A DNA stretch of 63,479 nucleotides, filler included, from Octopus bimaculoides (lineage: Eukaryota): NCBI RefSeq assembly GCF_001194135.2. It is 5 parts of 5 records of this genome, joined end to end, with 100 filler letters (N's around TTAATTAATTAA, not from the genome) between each part and the next. Parts side by side here need not be neighbours in the genome. Positions count along the whole stretch, not along the records: positions 1 to 18,146 come from NC_068990.1; 4 more parts are not named here. The stretch is one strand, 5' to 3'. The notes under the pieces were generated by a model that searched no databases, was not told the DNA's origin, and worked only from the letters and a program-made list of their open reading frames with translations. The stretch's first letter is position 1; the number at the start of each line of letters is the position of its first letter. Of this stretch, positions 1-9,673 are shown piece by piece. The translations under genes were made by a program, and so were the position numbers.

Positions 1-265
1 ATATACACACATATATATATATATATAAACATATATATAGACACCCACACACATATATATATACATATACATATATGCATACATACAAATATACATACAT
101 ATATGTATATATGTACATATGTACATGCGTATGAGTGTGGTGTAAATGCATGTGTATGCGGAGAAATCGGTACTTACTTAGATATCTTTAAGCTATCTTT
201 TTAACCTATGACATTTATATGAGTTAGAAGGGAAGGCAGTTAAAGGGTGTACATAATGAAAGTCT

Positions 266-390
266 GTGAGTCATCTACTTAACATTCAAATAGGGGAGAA
301 AATATTTAAAAGTGAAGTAGAAATTCTAAATAACAGTTCTGTTTGTCCAGCTGACATTCAAGAAATAATCAGAAGACATTCAGCCTTTTC
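266..390 (+). mobile_element. Degenerate non-LTR retrotransposon (RTE/CR1-like) RT C-terminal fragment
   Basis: Translation NIQIGEKIFKSEVE...NNSSVCPADIQEIIRRHSAF loosely matches the LINE pattern I-x-I-x-x-E-x-I-E-x-V...D-I-x-x-R-I-x-x-A-F. The FxYLG block is missing. The rest of the ORF is (ATT)n. Confidence 0.35.
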
Positions 391-419
391 TTTTGTATTA
401 TTATCACCATCACCATCAT

Positions 420-478
420 CATTATTATTATTATTTTTATTATTATTATTATTGTTGTTGTTATTATTATTATTGTTG

Positions 479-531
<53 letters not shown>

Positions 532-535
532 GATG
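420..535. repeat. (ATT/GTT)n microsatellite
   Basis: Seen directly; it produces the poly-Leu of ORF 266..550. Confidence 0.95.
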
Positions 536-1231
536 CTATATAAAAATTAATATGAAAAACTATAAAACAACAAAATAAAGACAGAAATGTGTCTATCTAT
601 GGATGGTAAAAAAATAAAAAATAAAAAGAATAAATGAAAGTCTTTTAGATTGATAGATAATGGGAAAAAACTGCAGGAGATAGGGTATGAAATAACAACA
701 TATTCATATTCTGCTCTGTGGCTTTTATGCCATCATCTCTTTGTATCATGGCCTTTTTTTCCTTTTTCTTTTTTGCTTTTTTAAACTACATATCTAATTG
801 TGCCAATCAGATAATATCGTCAATAGGTGAAACATTAGCCACCGATATAGACTTAGACGGATGTTTTAAAAGAAGGAGACACTCATTGAAATAACACCGA
901 AAATGCATCTTTTTTTCTGTAATAAATGTACGTCTTGTCGTTGTTGTCGTTGTTGTTATTGTTCTTAACAATAAAATGTATTAATATTTATTTCATATCA
1001 ACTAGATTTGCATGTGTGCACAAGTATATGATATATGTGTTTGTATATGTGTGTGTGCGTGCATGTGTGTGTGTACGTATGCGTGTATGTATATATGCAT
1101 ATACACACGCACACATACATATTGTATGTATATATATTTGTGTAATATATACATGTATATATAAATAATATATACAAATATATGTGTGTACATATATGTA
1201 TGTATACATGCATATGCTCATATATAATTTG

Positions 1232-1271
<40 letters not shown>

Positions 1272-2224
1272 TAGCTGATGTACCTGATAATTCTCAGGAA
1301 AGCAGGGCTTATCCTTTGGTTCCATTCTCATAGTTGTTTTGCTAATCCAATAGCAACAATACAAAGTATATAGCCTTTAAAATGGTTTTTGTGCATTTAC
1401 AGAAAATACCGAACAGTCTTACACAGGATCTTGTTTTTAGTAATTCCCAATAAGTTATGAATACCCAAATTGTGAAGTCAGTTATGTAATAACATGAAAT
1501 TAGTTACCTGATAGTAAGAATTCAAATAAAGTAGCCCCCAAAAGGGGTTTAATGTGTTCCTAGGGTATATAGATCATAGGAGGAAATACTCATAAGATAT
1601 ATAAACTAAAATTGTGAAGCATGTTATGCAATAACATACATACATACATATATGAATAATTATTCTCTCTCTCGGTTTTTCTCTATCAATCACTCACACA
1701 TTCACTCACTACAAAAACTGAATAGAAAATTTCAGTTATCTCTCTTTCTCTTTCTTTCTCTCTCTCTCTCATATACACACACACCATCAACATTACTCTC
1801 TCTGTTTCGCACACCCCATCAAACATACACACACACAGACATACGCATGCATATTGTTTCTTCCGTCACACGCAAACTTCAAAAGAAGTTCAGTCAAAAA
1901 ACTGTCCATGTCTCTTCATTAGACGCCAACTTCAAAAGATCCCCTTTCCCCAAAACATTAAAAAAATATTTTCACTTGTCCAGCCATTGATCGAGAGATA
2001 AAACTCTAACAAACTCCTGTTGACTACAAAACTCGTGCCAAATTAGCCGCAAAACATATACACACACACGTCCATTTCATGTCTTTCGCTTTCTCTATGA
2101 TTATACACATGTCCAATACAATAGATCTCACATACATTTTCGTCTTCAACAGGTATGTATCTATTCTGTAATATAAATTGTTATTCTATAAGCATATAAC
2201 AATTACTTATTCCATACTCCTTCA

Positions 2225-3460
2225 AGGCAATCTCCGGAACTTTCCAAGCAATCTTCGGAACTCTCCAGGTAATCTACGGAATTCCCCAGGAAGTCGATCT
2301 TAAACCCTCGGAACTTTCCAGGAAATCCTCGGAATTTCCAGGAAATACTCGGAATTTCTCAAGAAGTTGTTCTTAAATTCCAGGAACTTTCCAGAAAATC
2401 CTCGGAATTTTCCAAGAAGTTGGTCTTAAATCTTCGGAACTTTTCAGGCATAACGCGGAACTTTCCAGGAAGTCGTCTTAAAACATCGAAAATTTCCAGG
2501 CAACACCCGAACTTTCCAGGCAATCATCGGAATTCCCAGGAAGTAGAACTTAAATAACCGGAACTTTCCAGGCAACGATCGGAATTTTCCAGGACGTCGA
2601 CCTTAAATCCTCGGAACTTTCCAGGAAATGCTAGGAATTGCCCAGGTAGTTGGTCTTAAGACATCAGAACTTTCCAGGAAACCATCGGAACTTTCCAGAC
2701 AACCCTCGGAACTTTCCAGGAAGTCGTTCTTAAATAATCGGAACTTTCCAGATAATCCTCGGAACTTTCCAGGAAATCGAACTTAAATCCTCGGAAATTG
2801 CCAGGAAGTCGATTTTAAATCTTAGGGACTTTCCAGGCAGACTCGGGATTTTCAGGAAGTCGATCTTAAATCGATCTTTAATCATCGGAACGTTCTAGGC
2901 AATCATCGGAACTTTCCAGGAAATCCTCTGAAATTTCCAGGAATTTGGTCTTAAACCCTCGGAGCTTTCAAGGAAAACCTCGGAACTTTCCAGACAATCC
3001 TCGGAATTTTCCAGGAAGCCGAGTTTAAATCATCGGAACTTTCCAGACAATCCTCGGAGCTTTTCAGGAAGTCGAACTTAAATCATCGGAAATCTCTAAG
3101 CAAAGCACGGAACATTCCAGGCAATCCCGGAACTTTCCAGGCAATCCCCGGAACTTTCCAGGAAATAATCGGAACTTTCCAGGAAATCGTTCTTAAATCA
3201 TTGGAAATCTCCAGCAAATCGAACTTACATCCTCGGAACTCTCTAGGAAATCCTCTAGACTTTCCAAGCAATCCTCGGAATTTTCCAGGCAGCCTCGGGA
3301 TATTCCAGGAAGTTGATCTTAAATCATCGGAACTTTCCAGGAAGTCGATCTTAAATCCTCGGAACTTTCCAGGAAACCTCGGAATTTTTCAGGAAGTTGA
3401 TCTCAAATCCTCAGAATTTTCAGGAAATTGTTGGATTTTTCCAGGAAGTTGATCTTAAAG
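2225..3460. repeat. Satellite/minisatellite array of 20-21 bp and 32 bp units, core TCGGAACTTTCCAGG
   Basis: Core starts read directly at 3001, 3033, 3054, 3086, 3107, 3127, 3148, 3169, 3201, 3233, 3254, 3275, 3295, 3327, 3359, 3379, 3411 and 3431. The long unit is the short unit plus ~11 bp (GTCGATCTTAA). Confidence 0.95.
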
Positions 3461-3769
3461 ACCACTACTGAGCATTTTCTTTGTAAAACGCCACGAATGC
3501 CTGTGGATGAGGTTATTTCACTAGCAGTCGACTTCACCTGCAGGTTCATTTCATGTCCATAGCTTCCATGTTCTTTGTGATGTCCTCCAACTTAAGCAGG
3601 CGTTTGCTGAATTCTCCAGAATTCTCAAAGAATATGTATATGTTTGTATGTGTGTGCATGTGTGTGGGTTTGTATATTTGTGTGTGTGTGTGTATGTATG
3701 TGTGCATATGTGTGTTTGTATGTCTTTACTGACCAATATCCCTTTGTGCTAATCATCTTTTAACCTTTA

Positions 3770-4115
3770 TAAGCTAGTTACTTCTGTCACTAGAATGTGG
3801 CCATGGTGGGGTACTGCCTTGAAGGGTTTTAGTTGAATGAATCAACACCAGTACTTTTCCGTTTACCTTTTTTTGCCTAATTCCTATGCTATTGAATTCT
3901 TTTGCTGAAACAAATTCTGGTTGTTAAACAGTGATGGGGGACAAATACAAAGACAAATACATAGATATATATATATGTGTGTGTATGGTGGGCTTCTTTC
4001 AATTTCCATCAACAAAATCCACTCACAACTCTTTGGTTGGCCTGGGTTGATAACAAAAGACACACTTGCCCAAGGTACCATGCAGTGGGAGTGAACCTGG
4101 AATCACGTGGTTGAA
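3770..4115 (-). mobile_element. SINE family B, degenerate copy
   Basis: Similar to the better copies at 11711-12112 and 40629-40930 (aaatccactcac...gacacttgcccaagg...gcagtggga.tgaac). Confidence 0.75.
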
Positions 4116-4379
4116 AATGTTAAACTTTGTCATTCAATAAATGGAGATTGATAAAGTAACAACTTAACCACACAAGACCAGGTTAGACTAGACAAGATGA
4201 GGACAGTCTAAATTATGTATTGGAGTCGTATCTTTAAAGGTAGCACTGTCCCAGCATGGGCGCATTCAGTGAGTATAAAATAATGTAAGAATAAAAGAGT
4301 CTACACAAACATGGTTGATTCGACAGCAAAGAGAAGAGAAAAAAAATAAGAAAGCAACGATGAATATTTGAACAAATGT

Positions 4380-4960
4380 AGCAGAAGGCTGACAAAAATG
4401 TAATACAAAATAACTGTTAGATTAGTAAAGAGGAATCTTTAAGTTGGCTACAGAAATTGCATTAACAGCTTTCCAGAAGATGGAAAATATAATATCAGGA
4501 AGAATTTTTACTAGACAGCTAAAAAAAAAAAGCATATACGTATATATGTATAGAAGCTTTCAGGTAAATATATAGAATGAGGGAAAAAAAGAAAGAAACA
4601 ACTGAAGACAAGAAAATGATTATCACTAGAAAAAAAAAAACTGCATCATCTGAACACAAAAATGAACAGAACATTTTGAAGAATTATTAAATATATCAGC
4701 CCCATGAAATCTCCTAAGAGAGCTGACATAGATTTGCTTGTAAATTAGAGACGATTGTTTCATGGAAATTGGGATAATCCTTTTATAGAAATTAGAACTG
4801 TCATAAATATAAATTGGAACAATTCTTTCATAGAAATTAAAAATGTCATCTAACATCTGGAAAACTGAAATAGTAGTAGGTTCTGAGGACTAAACTGTAG
4901 AGGGAAATTCTAGTGCAATTAACTTTCTTAGACAAATCATATCACAGACATTTGCAACAT
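4380..4960 (+). mobile_element. Highly decayed RTE-like LINE fragments
   Basis: Peptide EIALTAFQKMENIISGRI (~4455-4510) resembles the RTE motif RIxIAKxAFxKMxNIL. KTEIVV...FLRQIIS (~4860-4950) resembles KTKxMV...YLGSxIS. Many stops. Confidence 0.35.
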
Positions 4961-5039
4961 GGCTTATATTAGGGTTGTCTTTGCACATTAATTAATGCTC
5001 ATTAAAAATAAGTTCTAGCAATATTATACTTGATATATG

Positions 5040-5228
5040 AAGGTGGTGAGCCAGCAGAATCATTAGCATGCTGGGTAAAATGCTGAGTGGCATTTCGTTC
5101 ATCTTTACATTGTGAGTTCAAATTCTGCTGAGGTCGACTTTGCTTTGGGGTTGATAAAATAAGTAGCAGCTGTAATTGACTAACCAACCCCCTAAATTTC
5201 TGGCCTTGTATCAAAATTTGAAACCAGC
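5040..5228 (+). mobile_element. SINE family A (tRNA-like head, central gcctttcatcctttcggggtcgataaa-type domain), copy 1 of a tandem dimer
   Basis: Similar to the well-preserved copy at 58865-59095 (B-box-like GAGTTCAAATTC). Confidence 0.8.
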
Positions 5229-5247
5229 ATTATACTTGATCTACGAA

Positions 5248-5458
5248 AATGGCAAGCTGTCAGATTAGCATGCCAGACAAAATGCTTGGTGGTATTGTGT
5301 CTGTCTTTACATACTGAGTTCAAATTCTACTGAAGTCAGTTATGCCTTTTATCCTTTTGGGGTTGAAAAAGAAGTACCAGTTAAACGCTGGGGGCCAATG
5401 CTATCAACTTACTCATTCCCCCAAATTGCTGGCCTTGTGCCAAAAATTCGAAACCAAT
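5248..5458 (+). mobile_element. SINE family A, copy 2 of a tandem dimer
   Basis: Same family motifs. Flanked by the same 17-bp sequence as copy 1. Confidence 0.8.
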
Positions 5459-5618
5459 GTTATATTTGATATACGCAATTAATTATTTTATGGGGAAAGA
5501 AAAGAAATCAATAATTATCGATTCCTGATTAATGATTAAGAAAATTAATGATTAATTATTATGAATGGTCAAGTAGATTTGGTAAAAAATGCTGCTTATT
5601 TCTTTTCCTATGGTTTAG

Positions 5619-5691
5619 TCAAGAGGAATATGCTGCAGCCAAGAGCTTCACAGTCTCTCCCTCTGAGTACATGGCCATGAGATCAGTGTAA
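5619..5691 (+). other. Candidate exon (QEEYAAAKSFTVSPSEYMAMRSV*)
   Basis: A pyrimidine-rich acceptor (tttcttttcctatggtttag|) is followed by a non-repetitive open frame ending in TAA at 5689-5691. No recognisable homology. Confidence 0.2.
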
Positions 5692-5919
5692 CAGATACAA
5701 TCTGATATTGATATGATAGATGCAATGTGATAAATATGTTCAGTTTGAGCATCACCTTCATAATCCCTTACACGGAATATATGGTCATGACCCTCACAGT
5801 TCCCCCCCTCTCTCTCTCTCTCAGACTGGTGATAGCATTCATACAGCTAAGGTTCCTTATGTTCAGCCTGTCTATGAATTTTACTGATCCACCTTGCGTA
5901 AATGGTTTAATTTCTACAG

Positions 5920-6013
5920 ATGGCGTTCATAGTTCGTCCTATTGAGATTAATGATGTTGTTGCAGCTTGTATTCAGCTTGCCCACAACTGTTACAGGTTC
6001 CTTCTTGAAACTG
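5920..6013 (+). other. Candidate exon (MAFIVRPIEINDVVAACIQLAHNCYRFLLET)
   Basis: Good acceptor tttaatttctacag|ATG; the other two frames close quickly. Only weak donors follow (5997, 6014). The N-terminus has a faint GNAT-like look only. Confidence 0.2.
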
Positions 6014-6104
6014 GTGTAATATTTACAGCTGATAGATATTAAACTGGTGTAATATCTATAACTGGTAGATATGACTGGTATAATAATATCTACAGCTGGC
6101 AGAT

Positions 6105-6197
6105 GTGGAGGCACAATGGCCCAGTGGTTAGAGCAGCGGACTCGTGGTCGGAGGATCATGGTTTCGATTCCCAGACTGGGCGTTGTGTGCGTAAAGC
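6105..6197 (+). mobile_element. tRNA-derived SINE head (truncated)
   Basis: A-box TGGCCCAGTGG and B-box GGTTTCGATTCC at tRNA-like spacing. No complete acceptor stem. Confidence 0.75.
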
Positions 6198-6263
6198 AGT
6201 CTTCTAGCTGGCCAGTTCCTATAAAATCATTCAGCTCATGCAAGCATGGAAGCCTGATGTTAA

Positions 6264-6460
6264 TTGATGATGATAATGAAGATGATGATGATGATGAAGA
6301 TGAAGATGATGATGATGATGGTGATGAGGATGATGATGAGGATGTGGATGACGACGACGACGATGATGATGATGACGATGATGACGATGATGATGAAAAT
6401 GAAGATGATAATGAAAATGATGATTATGATGATGAAGATGATGAGGATAATGATGATAGT
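6264..6460. repeat. (GAT/GAC)n microsatellite
   Basis: Seen directly; it explains the poly-Asp/Glu and poly-Met ORFs. Confidence 0.95.
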
Positions 6461-6477
6461 CTTGTTACAAAATGCAT

Positions 6478-6855
6478 GTTTGGATACATTTGTGTCACAT
6501 TCCTGACATTAAAGACTTTCATTAGATTTGTCTCATATTCTTTACAGTAAAATCCTTGGATATGTTTGTGTCACAACTCTAAAAAAAAAGTGTTTGGATA
6601 TATTTATCTCACATTCCTCATTAATGTCTTTTGATATGCTTCTTTCACAATATTGACAATAATGTCTTTGAATACATTTGTCTCATGTTCTTTGAAGTAA
6701 AATCTTTGGATATGTTTCTGCTTCATTCTTTACAATAAAGTCATTGAATATATTTGTCTCACATTCTTTGCACTAAAGTCATTGAATATATTTGTGCCAT
6801 ATTTCTGACAATAAATTATTTGATATATTTGTATAATATTCCAGGCAATAAAGAT
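6478..6855. repeat. Degenerate 38-bp minisatellite, ~10 copies
   Basis: Example adjacent units: TGAATATATTTGTCTCACATTCTTTGCACTAAAGTCAT and TGAATATATTTGTGCCATATTTCTGACAATAAATTATT. Confidence 0.85.
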
Positions 6856-7070
6856 CTTTTTTTAATTTCCTCTAGCTGTTCCTTTAGGTACTTCAAAAGC
6901 CCAATGTGTTCTTTGCCAAAATATAAGGTTTTTAAGTATAAAAAAATATCAATTTTGATAGTGTCTTGTATTATCTATAGTACTGATGGCAACTATTCAA
7001 ACTGATTGGGAATTATCTCAAAATATAATTTTCATATTTATAGAAAAAGAATTACTCAAAATTGTCTTAA

Positions 7071-7290
7071 CTCTCTAGCATTTAAACTGGCTTTATCAGG
7101 CCCAAATATTCTTCCTGCTTTAGGTTCAATCTGGCCAGATCCAGCTTCTCATACCTACCCTACAATGTCATTCTAGAAATATACAAGCACATTATTGAAA
7201 TCTTGAAGCTATGAGATAATGCATGATCAATTCAAAACAATGTGAAATAGTAATCAATACATTTGGCAGAATAACCTGAATGCTAAAAGG
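7071..7290 (+). mobile_element. piggyBac-like MITE (220 bp) with TTAA target duplication
   Basis: TTAA|CTCTCTAGCATT ... AATGCTAAAAGG|TTAA. A second copy of the family lies in reverse at ~54785-54890. Confidence 0.75.
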
Positions 7291-7844
7291 TTAAACTAGA
7301 ATTTTCATTTAAAAATAAAAGAACAAAAAACAAACAAAAAAAGCAGCTGAAAAGTTGTATTATATTTCACTCTTTTTACTTCAAATATTATGTTGATACT
7401 GCAGGACCTGATTTGAAAGTGATTTCACTTCTCTTTCTAGTAGGGTTAAAGGATCACATTGAAGCCCTGTCATTGATTTGGTGTTTTACTGTTTCTCAAT
7501 CTGATATTGCTTATTTTGGATATGTTTGGATATCAGGTGAAGGTGTAATTTAAGTTGTCCTGCATGGAGCAGGTCTGGAAAAAAACAAGGACAAGCAAAT
7601 AGTAGAATTGATGGGAAGATAAAATGAATGAATGGAAACAGCTGTAGGTGTCAGCAGCTCTCAGAGGACAACAAAAATCTAGAAGGAGTTGAGAATACTC
7701 ATCTGATATGCTTTCATGATGCCCTAACAGCCTGCCATAAAAGTGATGATCATAATGCTGATGTCAATGATACGACAGCAACAACAATAACAACAACACG
7801 ACAACAATAAAGATGACTATAAAAATGACAATACTGTTGTTTTG

Positions 7845-8040
7845 CAACAGGTTGACCTCGTCTGAACAGATCTATAACCAAAGGTATAGGAAATATTCCA
7901 GCTAGTACCATATCATTTTTTTAGAGTGTTTTTATGATTATATTAGTCAATATGTTCTGTACCTTCCATTGAAAGACAATAAGGTGTTAGTTGAGGGAGA
8001 TTTGGCTGCTAATTCAATCAGGCTGAATGACCATGCAGAG
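7845..8040 (+). repeat. Interspersed repeat family C (ggtcagccctgatcaagcag...tttgagggagatttggctgcta); further pieces at ~10455-10560, 10850-10930, 11430-11500, 11555-11700, 12960-13110
   Basis: Mutual similarity among the listed segments within the window. Class not determined. Confidence 0.6.
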
Positions 8041-8281
8041 AATATTGCATTAGCTTGAAGATGATCTTATTGGTGATGATGATGATAAAGATGATAATGT
8101 ATATATTAAAGTAATTTTAAGTAGTCTTTTGTGAAGAGAGTTACTGGTTTTGAGGTCACAATATCAGAAAAATACGTTCTTATTCCTGTTTACAATATTG
8201 TTATACATGGCTTAATTTTAAAAAAAAATTATCATTAGAAAATTGACTTTTTCACTTTCATATATAATTTTACTTTTGTAG

Positions 8282-8383
8282 GGTGTGTGAATTGATTTTT
8301 TGCTGGAAATGCAGGGCTTTGAAAGAGTTGGGAATCACAGCCCAATGCAGTTATGGAGTTGGTATAAAACTGTGGCAGAATGG
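8282..8383 (+). other. Candidate exon
   Basis: Acceptor ttttacttttgtag| at 8281 and donor GAATGG|gtataag. One fully open frame (VCELIFCWKCRALKELGITAQCSYGVGIKLWQN). No recognisable homology. Confidence 0.25.
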
Positions 8384-8489
8384 GTATAAGCTCACAGATT
8401 TGGGCCAGTACTACATGTGTAATCTAATCAAAACCAATCAAACATATCAATTAGTTGTAAAAGACTGTCTTTGTTTATACAACTTCACT

Positions 8490-8632
8490 GTTGTAAAAAC
8501 CATAAAAAACCATGCCAAAACAGACATAGAAGCCTGGTACAGTCTTCTACCTGGCCAGCAACTGTCACACTGTCCAACTCATGCCAGCATGGAAGACAGA
8601 TGTTAAATGATGATGATGATGATGATGATGAC
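8490..8632 (+). mobile_element. SINE 3' portion with RTE-like tail ending in (GAT)n
   Basis: ccaactcatgccagcatggaagacagatgttaaatgatgatgat; a related tail is at 14905-15045. Confidence 0.65.
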
Positions 8633-9156
8633 TGTGGACAGAAAAAGAGATACTGACTGCACTGTAGTTTCAATTTCAATTATGATTTCATCAGTGACTG
8701 TTTGCCTTACTCTTCTCAGTAAAGTTGTATAAACACGTAGTTAATTAATTTTATTTAATTTACACACACTGTACTGATATGAATATTTAGGTTTGTTCTG
8801 TTGAATATCAAAGCATAATAGACAAATTCTGGTAATGTTTCTGTAATTTATTTATATACTTGTGTCTTGGTTTCTTAATTTGACCAAATGTTGTACATGC
8901 TGCTACCAACTTATTTATGTTATACTAATCTGTGTTGCATACAAAATTGATCTTTTTTTTTGTATCACCTTCTTTCATTGCTTTATTTCTCATTGACTTT
9001 GTGAAATATTATTTAAAATCTACAACATATAATTTAAATAGAAATGTTTCTTAGAAAGAAAGCAAAACATGGGAGAATAATCTAATTTATAGGTATAATA
9101 TTAATTATGCATGTATGTAAAATAAAGCTAATAGGTTATATTAATATTTAATCCAG

Positions 9157-9673
9157 ATGAAAGAGAAAGGTAAGCATTTCTTTCACTTGATATGCACCAT
9201 TCTTAATCATACTTTTCAGTTTAATGATTTTTCTACTGTTCAGACACAAGAGCCAATAAAATCTGATTCATTTAAAATCGGTAGATTAAAAAAAACATAT
9301 GTGAAAGGTGTTTCAAATTCAATATCCTTCCAATATTTATCAAATTCATTTTTTAATTGATTAGTTAGTTGTCTTTGACTCTACAATCTCCTGTGGTGAT
9401 TCCCGTTTGTATAGAAGTTCTTTGAGAATGTTTTTTATTTTGTAAGTGGTTTTCTTATTTCTGTTTTTTTTTTTTTTCTATTGCATTACAACTTGTACAA
9501 TATATGGCTTCTTGCTAATGATTGACTAAATTCTAAGATTTCATGTGTGTTAAGGTTGGCTTTATCATTGCTTTTATAGACACATATCATATTCTCTTTT
9601 TTCAATCAGTGGATCATTGAAGGCAATTAAATGCAAGTACAAGGATCAGTTTCGCTTTATCGACAAAGTGTAA
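9157..9673 (+). CDS. Hypothetical spliced 49-aa ORF (exons 9157-9169, 9369-9441, 9610-9673)
   Basis: Splice sites ccag|ATGAAAGAGAAAG|gtaagc, ttag|TT...TTTT|gtaagt and ctctttttttcaatcag|T GGA. Phases 1 and 2 are mutually compatible and give MKEKVVFDSTISCGDSRLYRSSLRMFFIFGSLKAIKCKYKDQFRFIDKV*. No homology recognised. Confidence 0.25.

Noticed and set aside
3083-3452. Repetitive-protein reading of the satellite (WKVPxxx heptads)
   Set aside because: The interspersed 32-bp and 20-bp units break the frame repeatedly, so only short ORFs exist.
2225-3460. CRISPR-like array
   Set aside because: The context is eukaryotic, there are no unique spacers, the units are mutually homologous and there are no cas genes.
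3545-3630. Coding-looking minus-strand peptide FENSGEFSKRLLKLEDITKNMEAMDMK*
   Set aside because: It is short, has no credible splice acceptor upstream (microsatellite) and no recognised homology.
6105-6197. tRNA gene
   Set aside because: A and B boxes are present, but there is no complete cloverleaf or terminator. It is a SINE head.
6071-6550. 159-aa acidic ORF
   Set aside because: It is a concatenation of a minisatellite, a SINE head and a (GAT)n tract.
7851-7883. 33-nt symmetric exon (cag|GTTGACC...CCAAAG|gtatag)
   Set aside because: It lies inside interspersed repeat family C and has no independent support; at most a cryptic exon.
8282-8390. Selenoprotein (CVN-UGA) or edited-stop reading of the candidate exon
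   Set aside because: In-frame TGA is frequent by chance in AT-rich DNA. I see no match to a known selenoprotein family and no convincing SECIS.
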